Below are positions 36,948 to 48,435 of a stretch of 64,000 nucleotides of DNA, piece by piece (the stretch's first letter is position 1; each line of letters opens with the position of its first letter). Source of the stretch: Octopus sinensis (Eukaryota); the NCBI RefSeq assembly GCF_006345805.1, contig NC_043012.1:31744001-31808000 (forward strand), given 5' to 3'. The notes under the pieces are model-generated. The model was not told the DNA's origin. It saw only the letters and a list, made by a program, of their open reading frames with translations, and made no database searches. Made by a program: the position numbers and the translations under genes.

Positions 36948-37460
36948 TTGTCAGAAGGCCAGCAATTTCGAGGGATGGGATAAATTAATTACTTCGACCA
37001 CACTGCTCAACTGGTACTTATTTTGAAGGGCAAAGTCGACCTCGGAAACATTTGAACCCAGAACGCAAAGATGGAGGAAATACCGTTAAGCATGTCCGGC
37101 AAAATGCTTAGCGGTATTTCGTCTGCCGCTACGTTCTGAGTTCAAATTCCGCCGAGGTCGACTTTGCCTTTCATCCTTTCGGGATCGATTAAATATGTAC
37201 CAGTTACGCACTGGAGTCGATATAATCGACTTAATCTGTTTGTCTGTCCTTGTTTGTCCTCTCTGTGTTTAGCCCCTTGTGGGTAGTAAAGAAATAGGTA
37301 TTTCGTCTGCCTTTACGTTCTGAGTTCAAATGATTCCAGGATCGACCTTGCCATTCAGCCTTTAGGGACCGATAAAAGAAGTACCAGTCAAGTACTGGGG
37401 TCGATATAATCGACCTAGCCATATCTCAAACTTGCTGGACTTGTTCCAAAATTTGCAACC
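36948..37460. mobile_element. Cluster of three SINE B copies (one minus, two plus)
   Basis: Minus copy 36948-37093; plus copies 37104-37280 and 37279-37460. Confidence 0.85.
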
Positions 37461-38313
37461 AATAGTACTATGTTTGTATCAATTTCTTATTTTAATCGAT
37501 TCCATAAATTGCTTAACTTCATACACATAGAAAGAGCTTACGGAAAAACAGATTTTAAAACAAACAATAATTCTCTCTTGTTCACGATGCGATAGTATTT
37601 CTCGATGTTTGAAACGGTAGGCTCCATATACGTTTGTGATTATCTGTACTAGGTCAATACATGAAAATCTGTAACAGTTGTAGTAGCGAGAAAAACATAT
37701 TTGCGTGTATCGCAAATATGCTTTCAGTAATAACATATTAACATAGTACTTGTCAAAATGACGTTTAAAACTCTTTTCTGTAATTGCTATTCACAGTCAA
37801 CACTTACCCACTATTCTTCATTACTATCTATCACTCACTCATTTCATTACCAATTCTCTACTTTTAAATATATATATCTTGTCTTTTTCTCTTAAATGTT
37901 TTTCACTTCATTTCTGGCATCATCAGTTCGAAATAATGACCGAATTTTTCACCGTTGTGTTTCCATCATTCCCGCTATCATTTGCTCGTTCTCTATACTC
38001 CTATTATGATATCATATTTCCGCTTTGTTCTCTATTTTAAAGCTTTATTTTCTTACTACCTTTCAAAAACTCTCATTTTTCGTTTTGAATCTATATCTAA
38101 AGCTAACTACACTGTCGCATGCCTGACACTCATAAGCTGCCGACTCTCACACGGCAGATCTCTCTCTCTCTAATCTACTACTTTTTTATAATTTCCCCTC
38201 CTCTATATCTTCTTTCTTTCTTTCTTTCTTTCTTTCTTATTCTCTGTCTCTCGCCCCTGTTTTTTTATGTATACAAAGTGCTATTTTTCTTTCGTATTAG
38301 AAATAGATAAAAC

Positions 38314-38694
38314 GGTGGCGGTGCAATGGCCCAGTGGTTAAGGTAGCGGCTCGCGGTCGTAGGATCGCGGTTTCGATCCCCAGATCGGGCGTTGTGAGTA
38401 TTTATTGAGCAAAAACAGCTAAATCTTCACGAGGCTCCGGCAGGGTGTGGTGGCGAACCTTCCTGTACTCTTTCACAACATCTTTCTCTCACTCTTTATT
38501 TCTATTTTTGTTATACTTGTATCTCAAAGAGCCAGCCTCGTCACATTCTGTGTCACGCTGAATCTTCCTGAGAACTACATTAAGGATACAGGTTTCTGCG
38601 GAGTGCTCAGCCACTTGCATGTTAATTTCACGAGCAGGCTGTTCCGTTGATCGGATCAACTGCAACCCTCGTTGTTTTAACTGACGGAGTGCCA
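38314..38694 (+). mobile_element. SINE family D, tail type 1 (RTE-like terminus)
   Basis: ggcggtgcaatggcccagtggtt A box, ggtttcgatccc B box; ends ctgacggagtgcca. Confidence 0.85.
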
Positions 38695-39583
38695 CGGCGA
38701 GATAGAACGACTAACAAAACTTTTGACACAGAAACAAACAAGCTTTACATATTAAGTTTACGCAACTTTAACTTAGCATTTTGTCGTAGTAGGTGTTGAT
38801 TTATTTTATCACATATTGGATCTCATCAGAAAGAGTTGCGATCAAAAATTTCAATCTGTGTCCATCTCATCTATTTTTCTGGAATTATGAACCCATTGCT
38901 GCATTACCCCACACACAACTACTTCTTAGAAGTATTTGTAAAAATTATCTGTGCAGGTTATTTTCACAATCTCGCAGATTATTTTGTAACATAGGAGAGT
39001 AAATTATCTTCCGAAATCAATATTAGAATAATAAAAAAAAACAATAATGTTCTACACAACATATGTAGCACACATGTTCGCATGTATTATTTTGGAAAGA
39101 CTGAAATTTCATTAAGAACACTATAAAATTCTTGAGTAATTTTATAAACAAAGAAAGTAACACCAATCTCTAAGATGTAGAAATATTGCAAAGATAACTT
39201 AGAGTTTAAAACATAAATTTCCGTTCTTCTTTGAAAATGAACAACGAAGAGGTATGTGCGAAACTTTCACGGGAGCGTTGCATGTTCAAGATGTATATTT
39301 AAATAGAGAAAAAAAAGCATGTCTAAAGGTTTTAATTATTATCGATTACCTAGCACGATTCTGGAAAACATATACAACAAATAAGTGATCTTTAAAAAAA
39401 AAATTTAGGGTGAACTTTAGCGGCTTCTCCTCTCCAGCCAAAAGACGAAAAGAAAAGGAAAAAAGAAAACAAAAATCAACTGCAAATTACAAGTATTCAT
39501 ATTTTACAAAGCATGCAGAGAGAAAGCATAATTAAATTCCTATAACCTTTATCAGATATGGACAAAAAACATAATGGAACCAT

Positions 39584-39656
<73 letters not shown>

Positions 39657-39673
39657 TTATATATATATTCATA

Positions 39674-39710
<37 letters not shown>

Positions 39711-39751
39711 TCACACACACACACACACACACACACCACACACACACACAC

Positions 39752-39784
<33 letters not shown>

Positions 39785-40260
39785 GTAAACACATCTTTAT
39801 AAATACAAAAGATAGATACACGTAAACATATTTTTTCCCAATAATTTTACTCTATTCTTGAAACCATTAAAGTTTTGAACTTTCATTCAATTAACTTAAT
39901 GTTGCAACGGACACTTTCAAAACTAAATGTTACTTGAACGAAACGAACCTTATTACAACATATTGAAAATATAAACAAGAATTGGAAATTGATTGTAGTT
40001 TGAAATATTCAATAGATTTTGACTTCTATTGAATTTATTGAATTACTAATTTATTCTTTGTAATGCGTTTGTTAAAAAAATACTCATACAAATACGATAT
40101 ATTACATCTATGTGTACACACATTATTCATACACATGATGAACAGGCTTACCCCTTTTTTAGCAATTCTGTTTTTATTTAAACTACTCATTCATCTGGTA
40201 TGTGTGTATATATATGTGTGTGAACGTATATATATATATATATATGTTTGTGTGTGTGTG

Positions 40261-40299
<39 letters not shown>

Positions 40300-40456
40300 A
40301 TGTTTATATATAGAAATATATGTATAAATGCGTATATATAATATATATATAGAGAGAGAGAGAGAAAGAGAGAGGCACACACAGAGCGAGAGAGACAGAT
40401 AGAAAGAGTGAGGGACAGTCTGATGTATGTAACCGCACGCTATAAACTTCACTCAC

Positions 40457-40528
40457 CTTCAGTCCCACCTTTAATAAATGTCCATGTTGTGTTTCATTAA
40501 GTTGATTCACAATGCCAAATGACATATA
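40457..40528 (-). CDS. Candidate 72-bp phase-0 exon (YMSFGIVNQLNETQHGHLLKVGLK), product unknown
   Basis: tttaattcag acceptor, open frame and AAG|GTGAGT consensus donor; no homology recognised. Confidence 0.35.
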
Positions 40529-40966
40529 CTGAATTAAACCCAAATATAAATACCTAAATATACACCCTGCACTAACACATACAGAGAAACATATATATAT
40601 ATATATGATTATAAGAAAATATTAAAATATGTTTGCAAAAAAATTTTTTTTTTAAATTTTCAGTAGCAAGTAATCGAAGTTGAATGGCCAATTTTTCGAA
40701 AAATACATTTAAAAAATAATTGACATTTTCAAACGTGAATGACACATAATTTTATCGTAGTAATTAAGCGTTCAAGTATTTACGTATCACATGCTTTTAA
40801 TAGTAAAGTGTCTATAAAATGAAAGCATTCACATCATTTCTAAGAAATATAATTGTAAATATATATATATAACTGCATCAATACGATTTCAGAATATATA
40901 TATATATATCGAGGATGTAATCATAAATGAAAATATAGCTTATATAACACACTTAAATAATAGCAA

Positions 40967-41016
<50 letters not shown>

Positions 41017-41094
41017 CACAGCAGACACACACAGACATGCGCATACAAATGTGTGTGTATATATATATATATATATATACACACACAATTTTAT

Positions 41095-41292
41095 TCTTTT
41101 ATTCGTTTCCGCTATTTGGTTGCTGCCATGCTGGAGCACCGCCTTTAGTCGAGCAAATCAGCCCCAAGACTTATTCTTTGTAAGCCTAGTAATTATCCTA
41201 TCGGTCTCTTTTGCCGAAACTTACGGGGATAAACAGACACATGCACACACTTACATACATACATACCATACATACATACATACATACATACA

Positions 41293-41379
<87 letters not shown>

Positions 41380-41690
41380 ATATATTATATATATATATAC
41401 ACGACGGGTTTCGTTCAGTTTCCATCTACCAGATACAATCACAAGGCTAGAAACGTTAGCACGCCGGGCGAAATGCGTAGCCGTATTTCGTCTGTCGTTA
41501 CGTTGTGAGTTGAAATTCCGCCGAGGTCGACTTTACCTTTCATCCTTTCGGGGTCGATTAAATAAGTACCAGTTACGCACTGGGGTCGATATAATCCACT
41601 TAATAACTATGTTTGTCCTTGTTTGTCCCCTCTGTATTTAACCCCTTGTGGGTAATAAAGAAATTGGTATAGCAGAAGACACTTGCCGAG
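41095..41690. mobile_element. SINE A (minus) with a SINE B (plus, 41449-41668) nested in it
   Basis: A tail and body 41095-41448, then B, then A resumes tatagcagaagacacttgcc. Confidence 0.85.
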
Positions 41691-41891
41691 GATAATTTTA
41701 TAATTTCGTTAAACCAAAGAATAGAAATAAGAGTGCAGATTGAAAGGTATAATGAATAGACGCTCTGACTGGCCAAAACAACTTTATAACATTCCCATAT
41801 TATCATAAATCCAGCATAAATATTAAACATATATTAAAACATTAGGACATCCAATAGTAAAACCCAATAGCATAAAATATACACATATATA

Positions 41892-42356
41892 GAAGTCGAA
41901 TGAAGAAAAATGGATGGATTAATTTAATGCATGATAAAAACGACTAAACATTTAAGGTAATGAAACTAAAATAATAATATAAATATAAATATAAATATAA
42001 AGAGCAAAGTGGTAACCAGAGAAAAATTTCATTCAAATCTATCTTTTCGATAGTTTCAATAGACGTTGCCTCTCTTCGTCAATGTAAAATCCATTAAGGA
42101 AATCCAAAAGCAATGACCTTTCTCTCATGAGAAAATTTGCGAAAGTCTCATATTTCTGGTTGTCAAAGGAATCTTTTGACGAAGAGAGGCAACGTCTTTT
42201 GAAACGATCGTAGAGATGGATTTGAATGGACTCTTTTCTGGTTACCACTTTGTCCTTGCTATTTCTATTTATATTCTTTTAGTTTCATTGTCTTAAATTC
42301 CTAGTCGCTTTTATTATGCATTAAATTAATTCATATATTTTTCTTCATTCGACTTC
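41892..42356. mobile_element. Fold-back element (about 185-bp arms, about 93-bp spacer) with HHR motifs at the inner ends
   Basis: gaagtcgaatgaagaaaaat...ttgcctctcttcgtcaa is inverted as ttgacgaagagaggcaacg...ttcattcgacttc. Confidence 0.8.
42171..42217 (+). ncRNA. Hammerhead ribozyme motif (U at core position 3)
   Basis: AUCUU-UUGACGA-AGAGA GGCAACG UCUUUU-GAAA-CGAUCG-U-A-GAGAU: 5-bp stem I, perfect palindromic helix III ACGAUCGU, GUA site. A decayed partner lies at 42041-42085 (-). Confidence 0.55.
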
Positions 42357-42419
42357 ACTCGTATTACACTTTTAGGTTTTATCAACTTTAATTCGTATAT
42401 ATATCAAAAATTGTAATGT

Positions 42420-43095
42420 GTCCGCTGCATAGTCAGCTGCTTTCTAACCTTAATAAGAAAGCAGAATGATACCATTTTTGTCTTCAAAAGTAGGTACTAT
42501 GATTTTCATTAACAAGTTCTTGAAATTCTTAGGCGCTTGAGAAGAATGGTCATGACAAACCATAGATTGCGCTTGCGTTTCTAGACCATAAAAAATGACC
42601 ACTTTCCATTCCCTATAACCAGATCCGAAATAATATCTTCATTATTTCCACACCCTTCTAACAGAAAAAGAAGACTTCCACGCGTCTGTTCTTCAATTCG
42701 GAAGTCAGCTGTCGAAATACCATTTTGGGCATACTTTCGGATACACAAATCCCCCTCCCCCATTATTGTGACCACAATCCTGTTCTGCAACAATCTCATC
42801 AATTCTAATTCATGTGTACATTTCAAACAATTGGACTCCTCGCTAATGTGTCGTGTTAGCATTCGCGGTTGATGGTCTCACAGTGAGTAGTTGGTCTTAA
42901 TGCTGGTTTCCCCTTTCTCAAGCTTCTTCACCCTTTTGCGCACATTGCTCTTGTTAATAGCAACATTCCCCTAAACAACTCGAAGCTTTCCATTGTATCT
43001 CTGTTTCATCAAGAATTCAATGACGACATGCGGCTTCCGCCTGGAAGATTTGCTCCATAAACTAGCAGCTTGAACGACTTTTCCCCATATTTGCA
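42420..43095 (-). mobile_element. Mariner transposase remnant
   Basis: VIEFL..., and ETQAQSMVCH..SSQAPKNFK...GIIL matching mariner PETKxQSMxW.H..SP.PKKFK...GIIL. Confidence 0.7.
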
Positions 43096-43227
43096 TTACT
43101 TTATATGAAACTTCCTCTATTTATATATATATTTATATATATTAATAGTATTATTATGACAACAAAATAATGAATGAGACCGCGATAGTATGTAAATACA
43201 GGAATTTATGTGTAATATAATATGTGA

Positions 43228-43468
43228 CAATTATTCGATTGCCATAATAAAACTCCGAGATTCGGATGTCGGGGTGGAAATCTGCTCCGGCATCTCGTCA
43301 GTTATCAAGGCAATCAAAAAATGGTATGAAAGTGACCGGTAAATTCCCTTTGTTCAACAGTCATTTTCATAGCATTTTTTGATTGCCTTGATAAGTGACG
43401 AGATGCCGGACCAGATTTCCACCCCGACATCCGAATCTCGGAGTTATATTATGGCAAACGAATAATTG
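43228..43468. mobile_element. Fold-back element (109-bp arms, 23-nt spacer) with HHR-like motifs
   Basis: Arms 43228-43336 and 43360-43468 are about 93% complementary. Confidence 0.85.
43247..43305 (-). ncRNA. Hammerhead-like motif (A15.1 replaced by U)
   Basis: AUAA-CUGACGA-GAUGCCGG...CCGACAUC-C-GAAU-CUCGGAG-U-U-UUAU. The partner at 43391-43449 (+) also has C3 to G. Confidence 0.4.
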
Positions 43469-43494
43469 CATATTATATTACACACACACACACA

Positions 43495-43531
<37 letters not shown>

Positions 43532-43606
43532 ATTATATATATATATATATATACGTGTTCATACACATCTACACTAACACACAAACCCAGCATATATGTA
43601 TGTATG

Positions 43607-43646
<40 letters not shown>

Positions 43647-43710
43647 TATATATATATATGTTTTAAGTTTCAGCTCAGAGCTGCGGCCATGCTGATGCAC
43701 CCCCCCATAT

Positions 43711-43805
<95 letters not shown>

Positions 43806-44678
43806 TATATAGAATCTAGTGTGTACATGTTACAGATAGCTTCAAAGAAACTTACAGGCATTGAATGCAATTAAAATTATTATCTGACTTGAATGAGTCA
43901 TTCACCTCTATCATTCAAATTTATAGTTTGTGCTATGAGCAATCCCAAACATTAATCTTTATTTATTGTAAGAGACATCAATTGCAGTTGAAACCCAATA
44001 GAGTTACTTTCTACAGTATTTCACTTGTTAACTCACAATTATGCATATTGTGCAATAACTTTTAGAGGCATAAACGAAGAAATTGTATATAATAAATGGT
44101 AATTGTGGGATAGTTTCATAATACAATATCAGTGAAAGGAAATGTAAGGAGTGAGAATTAAAGAGAGTAATAGTAAGGTATAAAAGACGAATTTTAGAAA
44201 AATTGAAAGACAGAAGTGTCTGCCTGAAAATTCCAAAATGGGTTATCCGCATCTCAATTCTTGTTGACCAGCTCTCGATGCACGTGTCCAGCTTCTGATT
44301 TGATATTCTGATATATATCTGGTATCTGTGAGTTACTTAGAATTCGTCGTTTTTTTCCTACAGTGCCGGGGCCATATAATTTAGTTGCATGTATATTTTT
44401 TTCTTTTCACAGATTCTCAATTTAAGCTCTCCCTATAATATAATAAATTTTCAACAATCCTCCGGTGGAAAAAGCTGTTCACAGCTTTATCAAGTTTATA
44501 TCCATAATAATTTGTGAATTTAAATTTTTTTAGTCTGTACTAAAAGAAGAGATAAGAGATATTGTTGTGAAACCAGCTTTTGAATGACCCATCTCTAACA
44601 CTCTCACACTGCTATATCAATTTTCAGTGGTGTCAATGTACATGTATATATATTTTACCTTCTCTCCACATACCATAC

Positions 44679-44783
44679 CTTTTGTATTGCAGAATCCCTC
44701 CAGCAGAAATGTAGTGATTTCCCTACATAAACAACCAGCCTCCCTATTGCACTATTATTATTCGATTCACATTCGCTGTACAA
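44679..44783 (-). CDS. Candidate 105-bp phase-0 exon (LYSECESNNNSAIGRLVVYVGKSLHFCWRDSAIQK), product unknown
   Basis: gtttgtttcag acceptor, single open frame and AAG|GTATGG donor; phase-compatible with 40457-40528. Confidence 0.25.
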
Positions 44784-45171
44784 CTGAAACAAACCAATTT
44801 TGCAATTTTTATGGCGAAGATACATGCTAATTTATTAATGTTAGTAAAACGTAACTTAAATCTAATATTACGGGAGGAATAGGGATAGGACCACTTGATA
44901 TTATAACAGCGCTTCCTTTAGGGAAGTATGGACGGTGAACATATGGGGTTTACTCCACTAGCATCGTTGTAGCAGAGTTCAATTTTTATAGGCCACATTC
45001 AAGATAGTTCTCTTGACATAATTTGTTAGTTCATTACTTACTACAGGTGCTTATGTACTGTAATAACCTGCGCTCACGTCAGTTGATTTTTCGGTTGGTT
45101 TGATAAAGGTTAACATTAATAAGTGTTTCGATTTGGTGCAATATCCAGGAAATTCAACGTTTAATCGATTT

Positions 45172-45679
45172 CTAGTAACTTCCCAGTTTCGGCGGCGTAT
45201 GTGTTTCCCCCAGCTGGACGGGACGCCAGTCCATCGCAGCGTTACTCCAGAAACAGGAAGAAAGATTGAGAGAAAGTTGGGGCGAAAGAGTACAACAGGG
45301 GTCGCCCCACCCCTGCCGGAGCCTCGTGGAGCTTTTAGATGTTTTCGCTCAATAAACACACACAGCGCTCGGTCTGGGAATCGAAACCGCGAGTCCGCTA
45401 CCCTAACCACTAGGCCATTGCGCCGCCACAAATGCACCCTTTTAAAGCCTAACCAGGCTTATGGGCCCGGTTTCCCGGTTCCCATGGCGTACGTGTTCCC
45501 CAGCTGGACGGGACGCCAGTCCATCGCAGCGTTACTCATTTTTGCCAGCTGAGTGGACTGGAGCAACATGAAACGAAGTGTTTTGCCCAAGAACACAACG
45601 CGTCGCCCGATCCAGGAATCGAGACCACAATCTTACGATCATGGTGCTGACACCCTAACCACTAATCCACGCGCCTCCA
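45172..45679 (-). mobile_element. SINE C-D heterodimer
   Basis: C at 45679-45429 joins directly to the D head at 45428 (gcatttg|tggcggcgcaatgg). Confidence 0.85.
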
Positions 45680-46080
45680 CAACTTTAAGTATGAATAATC
45701 TGAATGTTTGTGTTAGTTCCTCATTATCTTCTATAAAGTAAGTACATTTGCATTTTTATAAATAGCTAACACATCCTCTCCGTCCAGTCTCAAATAACAG
45801 AAAGGAATTTTATGTTTACTATATCGAATATATATAATCCTTTGGGGTAGCAAAAGAACTGTGCAGGTCATATTTCTTGACCCAAACTGAGACATTATCC
45901 AAAAGCCGACTCTATCGCGCATGCGTTACAATGATGTCACTTTTATCTATTGTGCTGTACATCTTTGTAAAGTATACAGCTTCATTTAAAAACTCCTTAG
46001 AGATCGTTGGTTAAACATCGAGAATATCACGCTGAGTAAATTTCACATTGTATAAATAATTTATTCCATTAATATATTTT

Positions 46081-46244
46081 TACATTAGTGATGTATTACG
46101 GGACGATGTTGCTAATGATTTCGATGATTTTATTAATCTTCATTTGATTATTATTCCGGGTTTATTTACGATGAATAATAAATAAAGATTAATAAAAAGA
46201 TCGGAATCATTAGCAATTTCGTTCTATAATACAACACTAACGTA
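46081..46244. mobile_element. Decayed MITE (about 60-bp imperfect TIRs, TA ends)
   Basis: tacattagtgatgtatta..ttattaatctt is inverted at 46185-46244. Confidence 0.65.
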
Positions 46245-46548
46245 AATATATACTAATGAAATAAAGTTATTAATAAAAACAATGTGCGATTTACTCAAAT
46301 TGACATTATTATCTACGTATTTTAAAGAAAGCGTCTGTCTATATTATCATGCAGTGTATACGAAAGGAAGTCAAATTTTAGAACTAAACAGATAAATTTG
46401 ATCCGATTTTAAATAAATTTCACACCAACATATTTTCATAACAACTAGTTTATAACATAATTTATCCTCCATTGTACACTGTAAGTTTTTCACTCTGGGA
46501 TTCACGAAATTCATTGTTCTAACAGATTTGTTTGAACATTCTAAACTG

Positions 46549-46850
46549 AATTTTAGATGTTTTCGCTCAATAAACACACACAACGCCCGGTCTGGGAATC
46601 GAAACCGCGATCTCCCGACCGTGAGTCCGCTGCTCAAACCACTGGGCCATTGCGCCTCCACAAATGCGCCCTTTTAAAGCCTAGTTTCTATGGCGTATGC
46701 GTCCCCCAGCTGGACGGGACGCCAGTCCATCGCAGCGTTACTCATTTTTGCCAGCTGAGTGGACTGGAGCAACGTGAAATGAAGTGTTTTGCTCAAGAAC
46801 CCAACGCGTCACCTGGTTCAGGAATCGAAATCACAATCTTACGATCATGG
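46549..46850 (-). mobile_element. Truncated SINE C-D heterodimer between about 70-bp direct repeats
   Basis: Same junction at 46660/46661; direct repeats at 46475-46548 and 46851-46920. Confidence 0.85.
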
Positions 46851-46982
46851 TACACTGTTTTTCACTCTGGGCTTCACGAAATTCATTGTTCTAACAGATT
46901 TGTTCGAACATTCGAAACTGGGAAACTTAGAGTTATGATAGAAATAGCTGTAGATTCTAATAATTCTTTGGACTATAGTCAT

Positions 46983-47170
46983 GAGGCCTAAAATTTGGGT
47001 GGAGGGGGTTAGTCGATTTTATCAACTGCAGTGCTCCACTGGTACTTATTTTATCAGCTCCGAAAGGATGGGAGTCAAAGTCGACCTCGGAGGAACTTGT
47101 ACTCAGAACAGAAAATGGGAAGAAATGCCACTAAATATTTTTTTCCGGTAACGATTCTGAGAGATCGCTG
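46983..47170 (-). mobile_element. SINE family B variant, decayed
   Basis: caaagtcgacctcgg and tggtacttatttt blocks. Confidence 0.7.
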
Positions 47171-47245
47171 CTTTATCTGTAAACTCTGTTAATGCATATA
47201 CATAAGTATATATGTGTGCAAAATTATATATATCTTTGCCCTGGC

Positions 47246-47303
<58 letters not shown>

Positions 47304-47989
47304 AGATAGATAGATAGATTGATTGATCGATATAGATATGCATATATGGAGTGTTTTGTTTTTATTCACTTTTAAACTATCATTCTCTGTTCTATTTACC
47401 TAACTTTAATTTTTAACTGGATACTTATTCTCTTACAAAAGCCTTCGTTATTTTCCTTTGCATAGTAGTTCTCTCTCGTTCAGTATCTATTCTCGAATAA
47501 TCATTGTTTCTCTCCTTAAATATGCGTGTCTGATTCTTTTGTTATACATAAAACCTCTCTAATTTTTTTCACCACTGTCTTACTATAATCGCAATAATTT
47601 ATGTGTCTTTTGTTTATTTTTTATTTATAAAGCTTATTTCTCGTCCCATCACAATAATAGATTTCTAAAGATAGTTGGCAAGTATTTAATATAAATAAAA
47701 ATAAAATAAATATATAAATAAAAATAAAATAAAAACTTATATAATTTTGATGCAGTCATAAAAAAAAAAAATACTTAATTAGAAACACTATGTAGAAGCT
47801 TCGAATCATAAATTCAAATAGCCGATATTTGGATTTGTTGAAGATTTAAGTTAATATTTAGAGATGCATTTTAATTGTATCTGTTTTATAATTTCATTTA
47901 ATATTACATTAAAGTTGTCAGCCTGGAGGACACAATACCATTAAGAATTATTCTTGTGGGAATTATGATGCATTATTGTATGAAAAATT

Positions 47990-48022
<33 letters not shown>

Positions 48023-48072
48023 CACCACCACCACTACCACCACCACCACCACCAACACCACTGCTGCTGCTG

Positions 48073-48435
48073 CTTGTTTGTTTGTTTGTTTGTTGAGTGT
48101 TTGGGAGAAGTCCGAAACGCGGTCCTTTGCTATTCGTAAGACCCGCAGAAGAGAAAGCAGATCAACCCCCGACACCGAGAGCATCGACGGATGGACGAAT
48201 GCGCATCCAGGTTCAGCGGTTGCGTAGGAAGTCGGGGACAAGGAACAGGAAGAAAGAGTGAGAGAAAGTTGGGGCGAAAGAGTACAACAGGGATCGCCAC
48301 CAGCCCCTGCCGGAGCCTCGTGGAGCTTTAGGTGTTTTCGCTCAATAAACACACACAACGCCCGGTCTGGGAATCGAAACCGCGATCCTCCGACCGCGAG
48401 TCCGCTGCCCTAACCACTGGGCCATTGCGCCTCCA
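48073..48435 (-). mobile_element. SINE family D, tail type 2, ending in (CAAA)n
   Basis: Intact tRNA-like head tggaggcgcaatggcccagtggttagggcagcgg..ggtttcgattccc. Confidence 0.9.

Noticed and set aside
40457-40528. Resemblance to beta-1,4-galactosyltransferase (INQ...LLNVGF)
   Set aside because: The conserved FNRA motif is missing and the spacing differs.
45915-45926. NRF1-like GCGCATGCG motif
   Set aside because: A single imperfect site with no other promoter evidence.
48360-48435. tRNA-like sequence (A and B boxes)
   Set aside because: It has no proper acceptor stem or anticodon arm and continues into a SINE body; all tRNA-like heads in the window are SINEs.
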